Part shown: piece by piece, positions 16,426 to 27,300 of the stretch | Layout: each line of letters begins with the position of its first letter | How positions within the stretch are numbered: position 1 is the stretch's first letter | From: an uncultured Actinomycetes bacterium | Lineage (GTDB): Bacteria; Actinomycetota; Actinomycetes; Nanopelagicales; Nanopelagicaceae | Assembly: GCA_903897155.1 (NCBI GenBank) | Contig: CAIUAO010000049.1 | Location: forward strand, 1 to 50,165 | Reading direction: 5' to 3' | DNA length: 50,165 nucleotides | The notes under the pieces: model-generated | Told to the model about the DNA's origin: nothing | The model's database searches: none | The model's input: the letters and a program-made list of their open reading frames with translations, nothing else | Made by a program: the position numbers and the translations under genes

Positions 16426-18303
16426 CTAGAGGTTGAAAGGGTCGACCGATATTCGCATAAGAGGTTTTCTCCGAAGACTATTAACGCGATTTATTTCATA
16501 TAAACGGGTAATAACACCGGCAAATTCACGAAATTTTGCTTTGATAATGATTCGCTCGGACGTATCCCTTGGAATTGGACCAATTATTTCTATTCCCGGT
16601 AAATCAGAGAGAGCTTTAATCACTTTCTTCGCCTCAGTTGTGTCAACACTTAGCAAACGATATGTGGGCGGAAGGTGAGCAGAATTTCTCTCGGCTATCT
16701 CCCTCTCAATAAGTTTTTCTGTATTTTGGCGGATAACCATCTGGCACACATCATGATTAACTGGAAGTGAAAGATAAATCTCACCACCGGGTTTAAGCAA
16801 AGTCAATATCCTAAGAATATGAGAAAGGCCCACCTCATAAGATCGCAGTTCTGTCCGCCCAAACTGCTGCTCTAGATCGAGAAACAAAATACTTGAATAT
16901 TGACCTATGGGTTCAACACCTGGCGTGCTGATCACTAAGTTCTTGCCTTGAGCTAGATAGGCAACAGGATTCTGACCGGTAGATGTAATGGTTGAATTTT
17001 TAGGGAAAGATCTCCCGAACTCTTCTGCTTTCCTGTTTGCTCCAGATGAGATGATCCGTGGCTTGTTTTCCGAGCACCACACGCAGCGCCAATCTAAAAT
17101 TTTAGTTTGGCACACAGAGCACTCAGGATGTGTTGAGCTTTTAACAAAAGTTAGCTTGCCCCCACATTTGCAGTAAGCAATATTCCGGCACTTTTGGCAG
17201 CTAAAGCTTTTCACATAACCGGTATTGGCAACACAAATAAGAACTGAGCCTGAAGAAAGCCCTCTTGAAATAATTGGAAAGTAATCAATATCGTCATCAC
17301 TATTGCCAAAATAGCTCTTACAACTCAGTTTGCTTTTAAAACGATAATGCTTAAGCCAACCTCGTTTTGATAGATCAGCCACTTCAAGAGATGGCGTGTT
17401 GCCGAGAAAGATTACAGACACTTCTTCAGAGCGGATAAGAGCAATTTGGCGGGTATTCCACGTTGGGGACCTGCGCTCATAGTGAGACTCATCTTGGTCT
17501 TCAAAAACTATAAGTGTGGATCCCTTGGGCAAATGAGTGAAGACAACATTTCTAGTGCCAAGTACAACATCTACTTGCCCGGATAGTCCGCGCATGTAGT
17601 TTTCAAAACGCTCTGTTTTCTTTTGGCTACTGCTGATCTGTAAGACAGATAATCCTCGCTTGCGTAGGGCGGAAGAAAAGATTTCAATCTCACGCTCATC
17701 GGGTAAAACCAATGCAACAAGTCCCAGGGATGCCCTAACTTGGATGATCTGAACCACTTTTGACCAATACGGTTCATCAATCGGCAACTCAATAAATGAT
17801 TTAAGTAGCTCTTTACCAGCAAGATAGCCCTGTAGATCTTTAGGCAGGTCAATACTCGCGCTTGCAGGTTTCTGAGAGATTCTTTGAACTCGCGCACCCT
17901 TCTCGCCACTTTTTGAATACGGTGGCACGGCAGCGGCAAAAAAATCCCACGGCTGAACACCATACTTCTGGGCATAATTTTGGAAACTCTTTATCTGTTC
18001 AATTGTGACAATTGGTTCTTCAGAAAGTAAACGGGTGATCTGCTTTATTTTTCCTGCCGTAGATGGCTTGCTGGATCTTTCAACCACAATGCCGAGTAAT
18101 TCTTGACTTGCAAATGGAACTTCAACTAGTGAACCGACTGCCACTTTCTCAGCAAGTAACTCAGGAAGTGAGTAGTCGTAGATAGCATCCAGATGCAGTG
18201 CGGGTGGGTCAAGTAAAACTTTGACATAAGGAAGCGTCTTTGAAGTCTCTCGCTTTAATTGCCCCTTTTCTTGGCGCAACTTAAGTGGCTTGGTCTCAGC
18301 CAC
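16426..18303 (-). CDS. priA: Primosomal protein N' (PriA homolog) lacking a Walker A motif
   Basis: 625 aa, collinear with E. coli PriA through the 3'-DNA-binding domain, helicase lobes and the Cys-rich region (CQKC...CKC...CSVC...CVWC). The P-loop position reads PIDEPYWSKVV instead of GxGKT. Confidence 0.85.
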   Translation of the reverse strand: MAETKPLKLRQEKGQLKRETSKTLPYVKVLLDPPALHLDAIYDYSLPELLAEKVAVGSLVEVPFASQELLGIVVERSSKPSTAGKIKQITRLLSEEPIVTIEQIKSFQNYAQKYGVQPWDFFAAAVPPYSKSGEKGARVQRISQKPASASIDLPKDLQGYLAGKELLKSFIELPIDEPYWSKVVQIIQVRASLGLVALVLPDEREIEIFSSALRKRGLSVLQISSSQKKTERFENYMRGLSGQVDVVLGTRNVVFTHLPKGSTLIVFEDQDESHYERRSPTWNTRQIALIRSEEVSVIFLGNTPSLEVADLSKRGWLKHYRFKSKLSCKSYFGNSDDDIDYFPIISRGLSSGSVLICVANTGYVKSFSCQKCRNIAYCKCGGKLTFVKSSTHPECSVCQTKILDWRCVWCSENKPRIISSGANRKAEEFGRSFPKNSTITSTGQNPVAYLAQGKNLVISTPGVEPIGQYSSILFLDLEQQFGRTELRSYEVGLSHILRILTLLKPGGEIYLSLPVNHDVCQMVIRQNTEKLIEREIAERNSAHLPPTYRLLSVDTTEAKKVIKALSDLPGIEIIGPIPRDTSERIIIKAKFREFAGVITRLYEINRVNSLRRKPLMRISVDPFNL

Positions 18304-18309
18304 CGCGAT

Positions 18310-19503
18310 TTATCCTTTAACGGCTTTTTGTAAGGCGCTGCTTCGATCGCTCTTTTCCCAGGTGAACTCTGGCAATTCACGGCCAAAGTGGCCATAACTA
18401 GCGGTGAGTCCATAAATTGGGCGGAGTAAATTTAAATCACGAATGATGGCAGCGGGGCGAAGATCAAAAACTGATTCAATGGCAGCTTCAATTTGAAGTA
18501 CTGGAACTTTTTCAGTGCCAAAAGTCTCAACAAAAAGTCCGACAGGTTGCGCCTTGCCAATTGCATAGGCAACTTGAACTTCACAACGTGTTGCCAAGCC
18601 AGCTGCAACAACATTTTTAGCAACCCAGCGCATCGCATATGCCGCAGAGCGATCGACCTTCGAAGGATCTTTTCCTGAGAACGCTCCTCCTCCATGACGT
18701 GCCATTCCGCCATAAGTATCTACAATAATTTTGCGACCAGTTAAGCCTGCATCTCCCATAGGTCCGCCTGTAACAAAGCGTCCAGTTGGGTTGATCAAAA
18801 TTCGAACATTTGAAGTATCAATTCCAATTTTTGCGATGATTGGCTTAATAACCAATCTTTCAATATCAGGAGCGAGGGTCTTGTCTAGATCAATCTCAGC
18901 AGCATGTTGAGATGATATGACTACAGTATTAAGCGCTACAGCTCTGTCCTTGTCATATTCAATTGTTACTTGAGTCTTTCCATCTGGACGCAAATAGGCA
19001 AGCTCCCCAGACTTTCGCACCTTGGAAAGCTGCATTGAGAGCTGGTGAGCAAGTGCAATTGGAAGCGGCATCAATTCAGGGGTGTCATCGCATGCATAAC
19101 CAAACATCAAACCTTGATCGCCAGCACCTTGTAAATCAAGTGGATCTCCTGATGCTGCAACGCGCTTTTCGAAGGCAGAGTTAACGCCTTGGGCAATATC
19201 TGGTGATTGCTGGCCGATGGATAGTGAAACACCACATGAATTTCCATCAAAACCTTTATCAGATGAGTCATAGCCAATTTCAAGAACGGTATCGCGAACG
19301 ATATTCATAACATCTGCATAACCAGTTGTTGTTACTTCACCAGCAACGTGTACCTGTCCTGTAGTAATAAGAGTTTCAACCGCCACTCGGCTCTTTGGAT
19401 CTTGCGTTAAAAGTGAGTCCAAAATAGCATCTGAGATTTGATCAGCCATCTTGTCTGGGTGGCCCTCTGTAACGGACTCTGAGGTGAATAGGCGCTTAGT
19501 CAT
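18310..19503 (-). CDS. metK: S-adenosylmethionine synthase
   Basis: 397 aa with [16 protein letters not shown] and GGGAFSGKD signatures. Confidence 0.97.
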   Translation of the reverse strand: MTKRLFTSESVTEGHPDKMADQISDAILDSLLTQDPKSRVAVETLITTGQVHVAGEVTTTGYADVMNIVRDTVLEIGYDSSDKGFDGNSCGVSLSIGQQSPDIAQGVNSAFEKRVAASGDPLDLQGAGDQGLMFGYACDDTPELMPLPIALAHQLSMQLSKVRKSGELAYLRPDGKTQVTIEYDKDRAVALNTVVISSQHAAEIDLDKTLAPDIERLVIKPIIAKIGIDTSNVRILINPTGRFVTGGPMGDAGLTGRKIIVDTYGGMARHGGGAFSGKDPSKVDRSAAYAMRWVAKNVVAAGLATRCEVQVAYAIGKAQPVGLFVETFGTEKVPVLQIEAAIESVFDLRPAAIIRDLNLLRPIYGLTASYGHFGRELPEFTWEKSDRSSALQKAVKG

Positions 19504-19507
19504 TGGC

Positions 19508-20695
19508 TTAACTTAACTTATTGAGGGCTAAATCAAGAATTTTATCGGCAAGTGTCACCTTAGAAATTCGGGAGACCTTGCGCTCTCCCCCATCACTATC
19601 AAGAATGACGCCCTCGGTCTCATCAGCCCCGAATATTTTCGTTTTAGTCACATCGTTGAAATAGAGGAGATCTAAACCTTTCGCACGGAGTTTCTCTTTC
19701 GCTTGATTGAGTCCATCACTTCCAGTTTGGGCAGCAAAACCAACTAATACCTGCTTCTTTTTCTTAGTTGAGAGCACCTTAAGGATGTCATCATTTGGAA
19801 GCACCTTTATTTCCTTCAAACCACTTTTAGAAATCTTCTCCGAGACGGCGTTCTCGGGTCGGACATCTGCTACCGCTGCCGACATGATGACCATATCCGT
19901 ATCGTCAAATTCGTGAACAAGTACTTCTTGCATCTGCTTTGCAGTTTCAACATGAACAATCTTCACACCTTCAATATCTGCCAAATCAGCATTTGCAGCG
20001 ACAAGTGTTACCTCAGCTCCTCTTTTAGCAGCAGCATATGCAAGTGCATACCCTTGTTTGCCAGAAGAACGGTTTCCGATATAGCGAACTGGATCAATTG
20101 CCTCTCGTGTACCACCGGCGCTAATGAGTACTTTTTTGCCAAGGTAGTCTGCTTTGGACTTTAGAGCATCTTGAGTTGCTTGAACAATTACTTTTGACTT
20201 TGGATATCTTCCCGCTCCAACATCCTCACCAGTGAGTTTTCCTACTTCAGGATCTATGACGATAAATCCACGCGAACGAAGCGTTTTCACATTTAGCTTT
20301 GTAGCTTCATTGAGCCACATTTCAGTGTGCATTGCTGGAACAATAATGATGGGGCAAGTTGCTGTGAGGACGATATTTGTTAGCAAATCATCGGCTCGGC
20401 CTTGGGCTATGCGAGCAATGAGATCTGCTGTTGCTGGGGCGATAACGACCGCATCTGCTTTCTTGCCCAGTGCCACATGAGGAACTTCTTGAACGTTATT
20501 CCACAGGTCATCTGCAACTGCGCGGTGTGAGAGCGCTTCCCATGTCGCAACACCAACAAAGTTCAAACTCGCACGCGTAGGAACTACCGTGATCAAGAAG
20601 CCTTGCTCTTGTAGGCGCCTGAGTAGATCGCATGATTTATATGCAGAGATGCTTCCGCCAACACCTAAGACAATTTCTCTTCCGCGGGGAAACAT
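19508..20695 (-). CDS. coaBC: Bifunctional phosphopantothenoylcysteine decarboxylase / phosphopantothenate-cysteine ligase
   Basis: 395 aa. It has an N-terminal flavoprotein domain ([18 protein letters not shown]) and a C-terminal CoaB domain ([25 protein letters not shown]). Confidence 0.95.
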   Translation of the reverse strand: MFPRGREIVLGVGGSISAYKSCDLLRRLQEQGFLITVVPTRASLNFVGVATWEALSHRAVADDLWNNVQEVPHVALGKKADAVVIAPATADLIARIAQGRADDLLTNIVLTATCPIIIVPAMHTEMWLNEATKLNVKTLRSRGFIVIDPEVGKLTGEDVGAGRYPKSKVIVQATQDALKSKADYLGKKVLISAGGTREAIDPVRYIGNRSSGKQGYALAYAAAKRGAEVTLVAANADLADIEGVKIVHVETAKQMQEVLVHEFDDTDMVIMSAAVADVRPENAVSEKISKSGLKEIKVLPNDDILKVLSTKKKKQVLVGFAAQTGSDGLNQAKEKLRAKGLDLLYFNDVTKTKIFGADETEGVILDSDGGERKVSRISKVTLADKILDLALNKLS

Positions 20696-20714
20696 AAGAG
20701 TTTTCTACTAAAGG

Positions 20715-20993
20715 TTAGGCAGGAACTTCTGGACTCTTAGGTTCCAAGTTTTCAATAGTTAAAAGTCCATCATTAATTTCGCGAAGTGCAATTGATAATG
20801 GCTTTTCATGAACATAGGTCTCAACAAGCGGACCTACATACTCAAGCAAACCTTCTCCAAGTTGAGAGTAGTAAGCGTTAATTTGACGTGCGCGTTTAGC
20901 AGCATAAAGAACAAGACTGTATTTAGAACCTGCCTTATCAAGTAATTCATCGATAGGTGGGTGTGTAATTCCATCAGTCATTTCGCTCGCCAT
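20715..20993 (-). CDS. rpoZ: DNA-directed RNA polymerase subunit omega
   Basis: 92 aa with the core [17 protein letters not shown]. The position gmk-rpoZ-coaBC is conserved in actinobacteria. Confidence 0.9.
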   Translation of the reverse strand: MASEMTDGITHPPIDELLDKAGSKYSLVLYAAKRARQINAYYSQLGEGLLEYVGPLVETYVHEKPLSIALREINDGLLTIENLEPKSPEVPA

Positions 20994-21028
20994 TTTTACT
21001 CCAAAATCTCAGAAATCTAATTTTCGGG

Positions 21029-21904
21029 TTATGCAGTCGCTAAGGGTATCAGTCTTGCGATCAATGTATCGACCTGGTCATTTACAAGCGTGAAATCGAA
21101 CTCAGAAGCTGCCGCCATCTCGGCCTGAGCCAATGCAAGCCTCGCCGCGCGCCTCTCGGGTGAATCTGTCCCTCTTGAGGTTAATCGCCGAACTAATTCA
21201 TCCCAATCAGGTGGCGCTATAAAGACTGAACGCGATGTTGGATCGCTACTTCTGACTTGGCGTGCCCCATCGATTTCTATTTCTAAAATCACATGCTTGC
21301 CAACATTGCGCCATTCATCAACTGGAATTCTGGGTGTTCCATAGCGCGAACCTGCAAACTCTGCCCACTCAAGGAATTCACCAGCATCAATCATTGTTTG
21401 AAACTTTTCCTCAGAATAGAAAAAGTAATCAACGCCCTCTTTTTCATTTGCTCGAGGTTCTCGAGTTGTTGCTGAGACGCTCACCCAAAATCTTGGATCA
21501 CCGCGAAGTGCGCTTGTAATAGTGCTCTTACCAACGCCACCAGGTCCTGAGAGCACAATAAGATTGCCGCGCACAGGATCAGTTTTTCCCACCGCGAGCT
21601 CCTTTCGTAGCGCCATCAATTGAAGAGGACCTAATCCCCCAATTCTACGGGTTGGAGATATGGCTCTCCTCTCCATAATGTTTGCTGCTCTGCTTTTACC
21701 TATTCCAGGAACTGCTGCCAATAGTTCAACAACTCTCATCCTGCGAATGGACTCTCTGTGGTCATTTATCGCATCAAAGATCGTGATCTCACTGCGCGCA
21801 ATCGCAGACTTCACTTCTGCCCTCTCCTTACGAAACTGCGCCGCGGTAGCAAGCGCTGCCATACGCGCCTCTGGGCTGAGCTTAGGAGGAGGGGTTTTGC
21901 TCAA
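21029..21904 (-). CDS. gmk: Fusion protein: N-terminal mIHF-like integration host factor domain (about aa 1-105) plus guanylate kinase (about aa 110-291)
   Basis: This is a single uninterrupted 291 aa ORF. The N-terminal part (LSPEARMAALATAAQFRKERAEVK...RRMRVVELLAAVPGIGKSRAANIMERRAISPTRRIGGLG) aligns with mycobacterial mIHF as I remember it. The C-terminal part has the Gmk P-loop (LSGPGGVGKST) and a TTREPR GMP-binding block. Confidence 0.85.
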   Translation of the reverse strand: MSKTPPPKLSPEARMAALATAAQFRKERAEVKSAIARSEITIFDAINDHRESIRRMRVVELLAAVPGIGKSRAANIMERRAISPTRRIGGLGPLQLMALRKELAVGKTDPVRGNLIVLSGPGGVGKSTITSALRGDPRFWVSVSATTREPRANEKEGVDYFFYSEEKFQTMIDAGEFLEWAEFAGSRYGTPRIPVDEWRNVGKHVILEIEIDGARQVRSSDPTSRSVFIAPPDWDELVRRLTSRGTDSPERRAARLALAQAEMAAASEFDFTLVNDQVDTLIARLIPLATA

Positions 21905-22626
21905 GAAATTGAATCCAAGATTTGCGCAGCACGCTTAGACATCGCCTCTGCAGATTCTTTGAAATGAGAAGTGATCGGTCTACCTATGACCAGAAAGTTA
22001 GCACCGGCCGCTATCGCATCTTCAGGAGTCATAACGCGCGATTGATCTCCAGCTTGTGAATCTGCTGGCCTTACTCCTGGGGTAATAAGCGTTGGCTCTT
22101 TGCCTACTGCAGTTCGAATCGCAGCAACTTCAAGGGGTGAGCAGACAATCGCCCGTGCCCCTGCGTTGACAGCATTTTTGGCAAGGGAGATAGCAAGATC
22201 AAGTGGGGAGTTTTTAATTCCCATATCGGCAAGCATGGGCTCACTTAGTGATGTAAGAACTGTTACAGCCGTTATATCGATCTCTGGAGCGCCCGTAGCT
22301 GCTGCATTAATCATTTGAGATCCACCCGATGCGTGCACAGTGAGGAACCTCGGCTTGTGATCACGTACCGCTGATACAGCTCCGGCAACAGTGTTGGGGA
22401 TATCGTGAAGCTTAAGATCTAGGAATAGTTCGAAATCACCATATTCGTATAACTTTTTAACGCCATCATGACCAAATTTTAAGAAGAATTCTAATCCAAC
22501 TTTATATACATCTATGCTTTTGCGGGTTGCCTGGATCCATTGGCCAGCGAGATCTAAATCATCTGTATCTAGTGCAAGAATAATTTGTGATTTACTCACC
22601 GTCCCCACCCTCCGCTCTATGTGCAA
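21901..22626 (-). CDS. pyrF: Orotidine 5'-phosphate decarboxylase (short, type 1)
   Basis: 241 aa with ILALD and FLDLKLHDIPNTV signatures. The start is uncertain: ATG at 22626 (35 nt overlap with pyrD) or GTG at 22599 just after the pyrD stop. Confidence 0.9.
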   Translation of the reverse strand: MHIERRVGTVSKSQIILALDTDDLDLAGQWIQATRKSIDVYKVGLEFFLKFGHDGVKKLYEYGDFELFLDLKLHDIPNTVAGAVSAVRDHKPRFLTVHASGGSQMINAAATGAPEIDITAVTVLTSLSEPMLADMGIKNSPLDLAISLAKNAVNAGARAIVCSPLEVAAIRTAVGKEPTLITPGVRPADSQAGDQSRVMTPEDAIAAGANFLVIGRPITSHFKESAEAMSKRAAQILDSIS

Positions 22627-23536
22627 AACCTATGGCATCTCTAAAGTTTACAAATCCACGCTGGATACAAATCTCTTCGAGTTCTTGTTTGATCACCATT
22701 GCAGCTGCTGGATTGCCAAATGTAGCGGTACCAACTGACACCGCACTTGCACCTGCTAGAACCAATTCAAATGCATCTCGGCCAGAGGCAACACCGCCCA
22801 TACCAAGTATCGGCGTATCCGGGAGCGCAGCATGAACTTGATATATAGCGCGAACTGCAACAGGTCTAATTGCCGGTCCTGATAAGCCGCCAGTCTTTTG
22901 AGACAGCTTTGGAAACATCGTGTTGGTGTCAATCACCATACCAAGAAGAGTGTTTATGAGAGCAAGCCCATCAGCTCCGGCATCAACTACTTCGCGGGCG
23001 ATCTCGGTAATATCGGTAACATCTGGTGTTAGCTTTGCAATAATTGGAACTTCTCCACCTATATTACGGCGTACTGCTGATATAGCTTCTCTTGCAGTAG
23101 TTGGGTTGCATGCAAATACTTGTCCTCTGTTTTCAACATTTGGACAAGAAATATTGACTTCTAAAGCGGTTATTCCAGCAACACCACGAACTTTACGAGC
23201 CAGGACTGCGTAATCTTCAACACTCTCCCCTGCAATGCTGATAACTATTTTCACGCCTTGTTCTTTGAGCCAAGGAATATCATTTTCAAGAAATTGGTCG
23301 ATACCAGGACCTTGTAATCCAATTGAATTAAGCATTCCACTTGGTGTTTCAGCCATTCGAGGAGTTGCTCGTCCACTTCGTGGTTTGACCATAATAGATT
23401 TGGTAACAATCGCGCCTAATTCACTCAGCGGGAAAAACTGAGACAATTCCTTTCCAGATCCAGCACAACCACTCGCTGTCAGAATAGGGTTTGAAAATCT
23501 TGCACCTGCCATGGCGGTGCTGAAGTCAAAAGTCAT
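22592..23536 (-). CDS. pyrD: Dihydroorotate dehydrogenase, class 1B catalytic subunit
   Basis: It has NPILTASGC, a GLQGPG-type block and other class 1 DHOD motifs, and sits next to pyrK. I prefer the ATG at 23536, which forms ATGA with the pyrK stop. The track ORF starts at a GTG at 23545. Confidence 0.92.
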   Translation of the reverse strand: MTFDFSTAMAGARFSNPILTASGCAGSGKELSQFFPLSELGAIVTKSIMVKPRSGRATPRMAETPSGMLNSIGLQGPGIDQFLENDIPWLKEQGVKIVISIAGESVEDYAVLARKVRGVAGITALEVNISCPNVENRGQVFACNPTTAREAISAVRRNIGGEVPIIAKLTPDVTDITEIAREVVDAGADGLALINTLLGMVIDTNTMFPKLSQKTGGLSGPAIRPVAVRAIYQVHAALPDTPILGMGGVASGRDAFELVLAGASAVSVGTATFGNPAAAMVIKQELEEICIQRGFVNFRDAIGFAHRAEGGDGE

Positions 23537-24393
23537 TTGCCCCACACCCCATCTGGAATCTCTCGCGACTTAGTCCATATCACCTTGCTGCCATCCATCA
23601 CAGGACCATCAATACATGTGCGGGTCATGCGAACAACACCATCTTCACCCTCCACAGGTAATACACATGTCATGCATACTCCGATGCCACAAGCCATCGA
23701 CTCTTCAACTGAACATTGATGCATAATTCCACGCTCTTTTGAGATATTTGTTATCGCCGAGAGCATTGCCATCGGCCCGCAGGAATAAATTATTTCAATA
23801 TTGCTACTTGCAATAATCCCTGGAATGACATCACTCACTCGTCCGTGTGTTCCAGCACTTCCATCATCTGTGGTGATGGTTAAAGAACTCACCGATCTCT
23901 TGCCCTCCAGTGGAGCGTAGATTTTGGCGGCGCTACTCGCACCTAAAACCATATCCACCCGGCATCCACGAGCCTTCAGAACTTCAGCTAGCGCAAATAG
24001 AGGCGCTGATCCATAACCACCACCAACTAAAAGCGCGCGAACAGGTTCGGTAGGAATTCCAAAGGCAGTCCCCAATGGGGCAACCATATTTACTAAATCG
24101 CCAACCTGCCTATTTGCTAGCCAAGTACTTCCATTACCAAAAGGAGCAATAACTAATTCAAGTAACCCTTGCCCATCTGGTTTAACTGTTGCCCTATAAA
24201 TTGCAAAGGCACGTCGCAAAACCATTGATGTCCCTGGCCCCCCAACGGAGATCGCTACGAAATTTCCTGGACGTGCATAGGATGCAATTTCATCAACTGA
24301 AAAGACCATATGGTTATAAGAACCAACACGTTTATTAGAAAGAACTTCAGCATCAAATTGCTGGGCTTTGGGATTAATTGTTGGGAAATCCAT
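23533..24393 (-). CDS. pyrK: Dihydroorotate dehydrogenase electron-transfer subunit (FAD / 2Fe-2S)
   Basis: 286 aa with the FNR-like RAFAIY motif and a C-terminal cluster-binding CxxxxCxxC...C (MACGIGVCMTCV...TCIDGP). Confidence 0.9.
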   Translation of the reverse strand: MDFPTINPKAQQFDAEVLSNKRVGSYNHMVFSVDEIASYARPGNFVAISVGGPGTSMVLRRAFAIYRATVKPDGQGLLELVIAPFGNGSTWLANRQVGDLVNMVAPLGTAFGIPTEPVRALLVGGGYGSAPLFALAEVLKARGCRVDMVLGASSAAKIYAPLEGKRSVSSLTITTDDGSAGTHGRVSDVIPGIIASSNIEIIYSCGPMAMLSAITNISKERGIMHQCSVEESMACGIGVCMTCVLPVEGEDGVVRMTRTCIDGPVMDGSKVIWTKSREIPDGVWGK

Positions 24394-27300
24394 TTACTTC
24401 ACCAACTTCTGCCATTTTTGAAGTGAGCGCACCGAGAAATCGTGGGCACGAAGAGCAGTGATTCCAGAAACTGCTGCTTTAAATCCAGCGATAGTTGTGA
24501 TGATTGGAATACCTCTTTGAACAGAAGCTGTACGAATCAGCCAACCGTCATGCCGAGTTCCTCTTCCAAGAGGAGTGTTGATAACAAGGTCTACCATCGA
24601 AGTGTTAATAATATCTACGGCAGATAGACCTTCTCCAGGCTCAGAATTTTTACGTACAAGAGTGGATGCAACACCGTTTTCGCTCAATAGTTTTTGTGTG
24701 CCGGCAGTTGTATACAAAGTAAATCCTAAATTCACTAGCGCTCTTGCAGGCTCCACACTTGGTGCTTTATCGCGCTCTGAGAGTGAGAGAAACACCGTTC
24801 CTGAAAGTGGAAGGGCGCCAAATGATGCAACTTGGCTCTTTGCATATGCTTCGCCAAACGTTTCGGCAATGCCCATGACTTCACCAGTAGAGCGCATCTC
24901 TGGACCCAGAACTGAATCCACTCCCATTCCATCTGTCCTGCGGAATCGGTTCCAAGGAAGTACTGCTTCTTTTACTGAAACACCAACGGCAATTCCATCG
25001 CCGGCGCTAGGTAAGAAATTCTCACTGCGCAGCTCTGCAATAGTTCTACCCACAGCAATAAGGGATGCAGCTTTAGCTAATTGGATCCCTGTTGCCTTAC
25101 TAACAAAAGGCACTGTGCGAGAAGCTCGTGGGTTTGCCTCAAGGACATAGAGCGTTCCATCTTTTTCAGCTCGTGATATGGCAAATTGAATATTGATTAG
25201 ACCTCTAACGCCAACTCCCCTAGCAATTTTTTCAGTAGCCACCCTTACTTCAGCAAGTTTTTGAGGTGATAGAGACATGCTGGGTAGCACGCATGCAGAG
25301 TCACCAGAGTGAATACCCGCCTCTTCAATATGCTCCATAGTTCCTGCTAAGAAAAGTTCATTACCATCAAAAAGTGCATCAACGTCAATCTCGATTGCAT
25401 CATCTAAGAAACGATCGATGAGTACAGGTTGATTTGGCGTAATCTCTGTAGCTTTTTGAATGAACCCTCTGAGCGATTCATCGTCATAAACAATTTCCAT
25501 TCCCCTGCCACCCAATACAAATGAGGGGCGAACCAGAACAGGATAAGAAATCTCTGCAGCTACGGCAACTGCTTCTTCATAAGAGCGCGCTAAGCCATAC
25601 TTTGGCGAAGTAAGCCCGTTCTCTTGAAGTATCCTTCCAAACTCTCCGCGATCTTCTGCTAAGTCAATAGCATCAGGGCTTGTGCCTAAAATTTTCACGC
25701 CTGCCTCTAACAAACCGCGAGCCAAACCAAGTGGAGTTTGTCCACCAAGTTGAGCAATGACACCTAAAACTGGTCCTGCTGCGGTTTCTGCTTTGATTAC
25801 CTCTAAAACATCTTCAAGTGTGAGTGGCTCAAAATATAGGCGATCAGATGTGTCATAGTCCGTTGAAACCGTCTCTGGATTGCAGTTGATCATCACAGTT
25901 TCATAACCAGCATCTCGCAGTGCAAATGCGGCGTGAACACATGAGTAGTCAAACTCAAGACCTTGGCCAATTCTATTTGGTCCACTACCTAAAATAATGA
26001 CTGCAGACTTTGTGCGAGGAAGGACTTCTGTCTCAGTGTCATAACTTGAGTAGTGATAAGGAGTGTGGGCTTCAAATTCTGCAGCACATGTATCCACAGT
26101 TTTAAATACAGGCTTTAACCCAAGGCTATTTCGTTCAGCACGTATCGTCAGTTCAGTTGTTCCGCGAAGCGCTGCAATTTGAATATCAGAAAACCCAGAT
26201 GATTTAACTTTTGCAAAAAAATCAGGTGTTAAAACCGCTTCCGCAGCTATCTCATTGGCTAGATCATTAATCATCGTTATTTGTTCTAAGAACCAAGGAT
26301 CAATCTTGGTAATTGCATGGACCTCATTAATCGTTGCACCCAGCCATAGCGCCCTCTGTACTTGCTGCAGACGCCACTCTGTTGGAATTCCAATTTTGGT
26401 TAATAACTCTTCACGACTTTCGCCCTCTTTTGTCCAAGAGAAGGAGGTCCCCTTCTTTTCAACAGATCTCAGAGCTTTCTGAAGGGCTTCACCGAAAGAG
26501 CGTCCTATGGCCATTGCCTCACCAACGGACTTCATTGTTGTAGTTAAGCGAGGATCAGCTTCTGGAAACTTTTCAAATGCGAAGCGGGGACCTTTAACAA
26601 CAATGTAATCAAGTGTTGGCTCAAATGACGCAGGCGTGCTCTTAGTAATGTCATTTTGTATCTCATCAAGTGTGTAACCAACAGCAAGCTTGGTGGCAAT
26701 CTTTGCAATAGGAAATCCGGTTGCTTTAGAGGCCAAAGCCGAGGAGCGTGAAACTCTTGGGTTCATCTCAATAACAATGATTCGACCATTTGTTGGATTC
26801 ACAGCAAATTGGATATTACATCCGCCAGTCTCGACACCAACTTCTCGGATAATATCGATAGATAGATCGCGAAGCTTCTGGTACTCAACGTCTGTTAAAG
26901 TAAGTGCTGGAGCTACTGTTATTGAATCACCTGTATGTACGCCCATAGGGTCAATATTTTCAATACTGCAGACGATCACAACGTTATCACGGTGATCACG
27001 CATAACTTCTAGTTCATATTCTTTCCAGCCCAGAATTGTCTCTTCAAGTAAAACTTCATTTGTAGGTGAGTGACGCAAGCCTGCTCCAGCAATCAACTCA
27101 AGCTCACTCTGATTAAAAGCAATTCCAGAACCTAACCCACCCATTGTAAATGAAGGGCGAACAACGACTGGGTAGTTCAATTCCACTGCAGCAGATAAGC
27201 AATCTGACATGGAGTGACAAATACGAGAGAGAGCAGACTCTCCCCCAATTTTTGCAACGATCCCTTTAAAGATCTCCCGATCTTCACCACGTTTGATCGC

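Noticed and set aside
24575-25150. Long antisense or alternative-frame ORFs inside well-supported genes. Examples: 24575-25150 in carB, 38620-39108 in alaS, 33728-34174 in aroB, 17571-17975 in priA, 10984-11313 opposite serB, 400-672 opposite metH, and many 60-110 aa ORFs in the track.
   Set aside because: Their translations are low-complexity and rich in Ser, Pro, Arg and Ala, with no recognisable motifs. Each is fully embedded in a gene with strong homology-type evidence. These are typical shadow ORFs produced by codon bias. None has an SD or a leaderless-type promoter.
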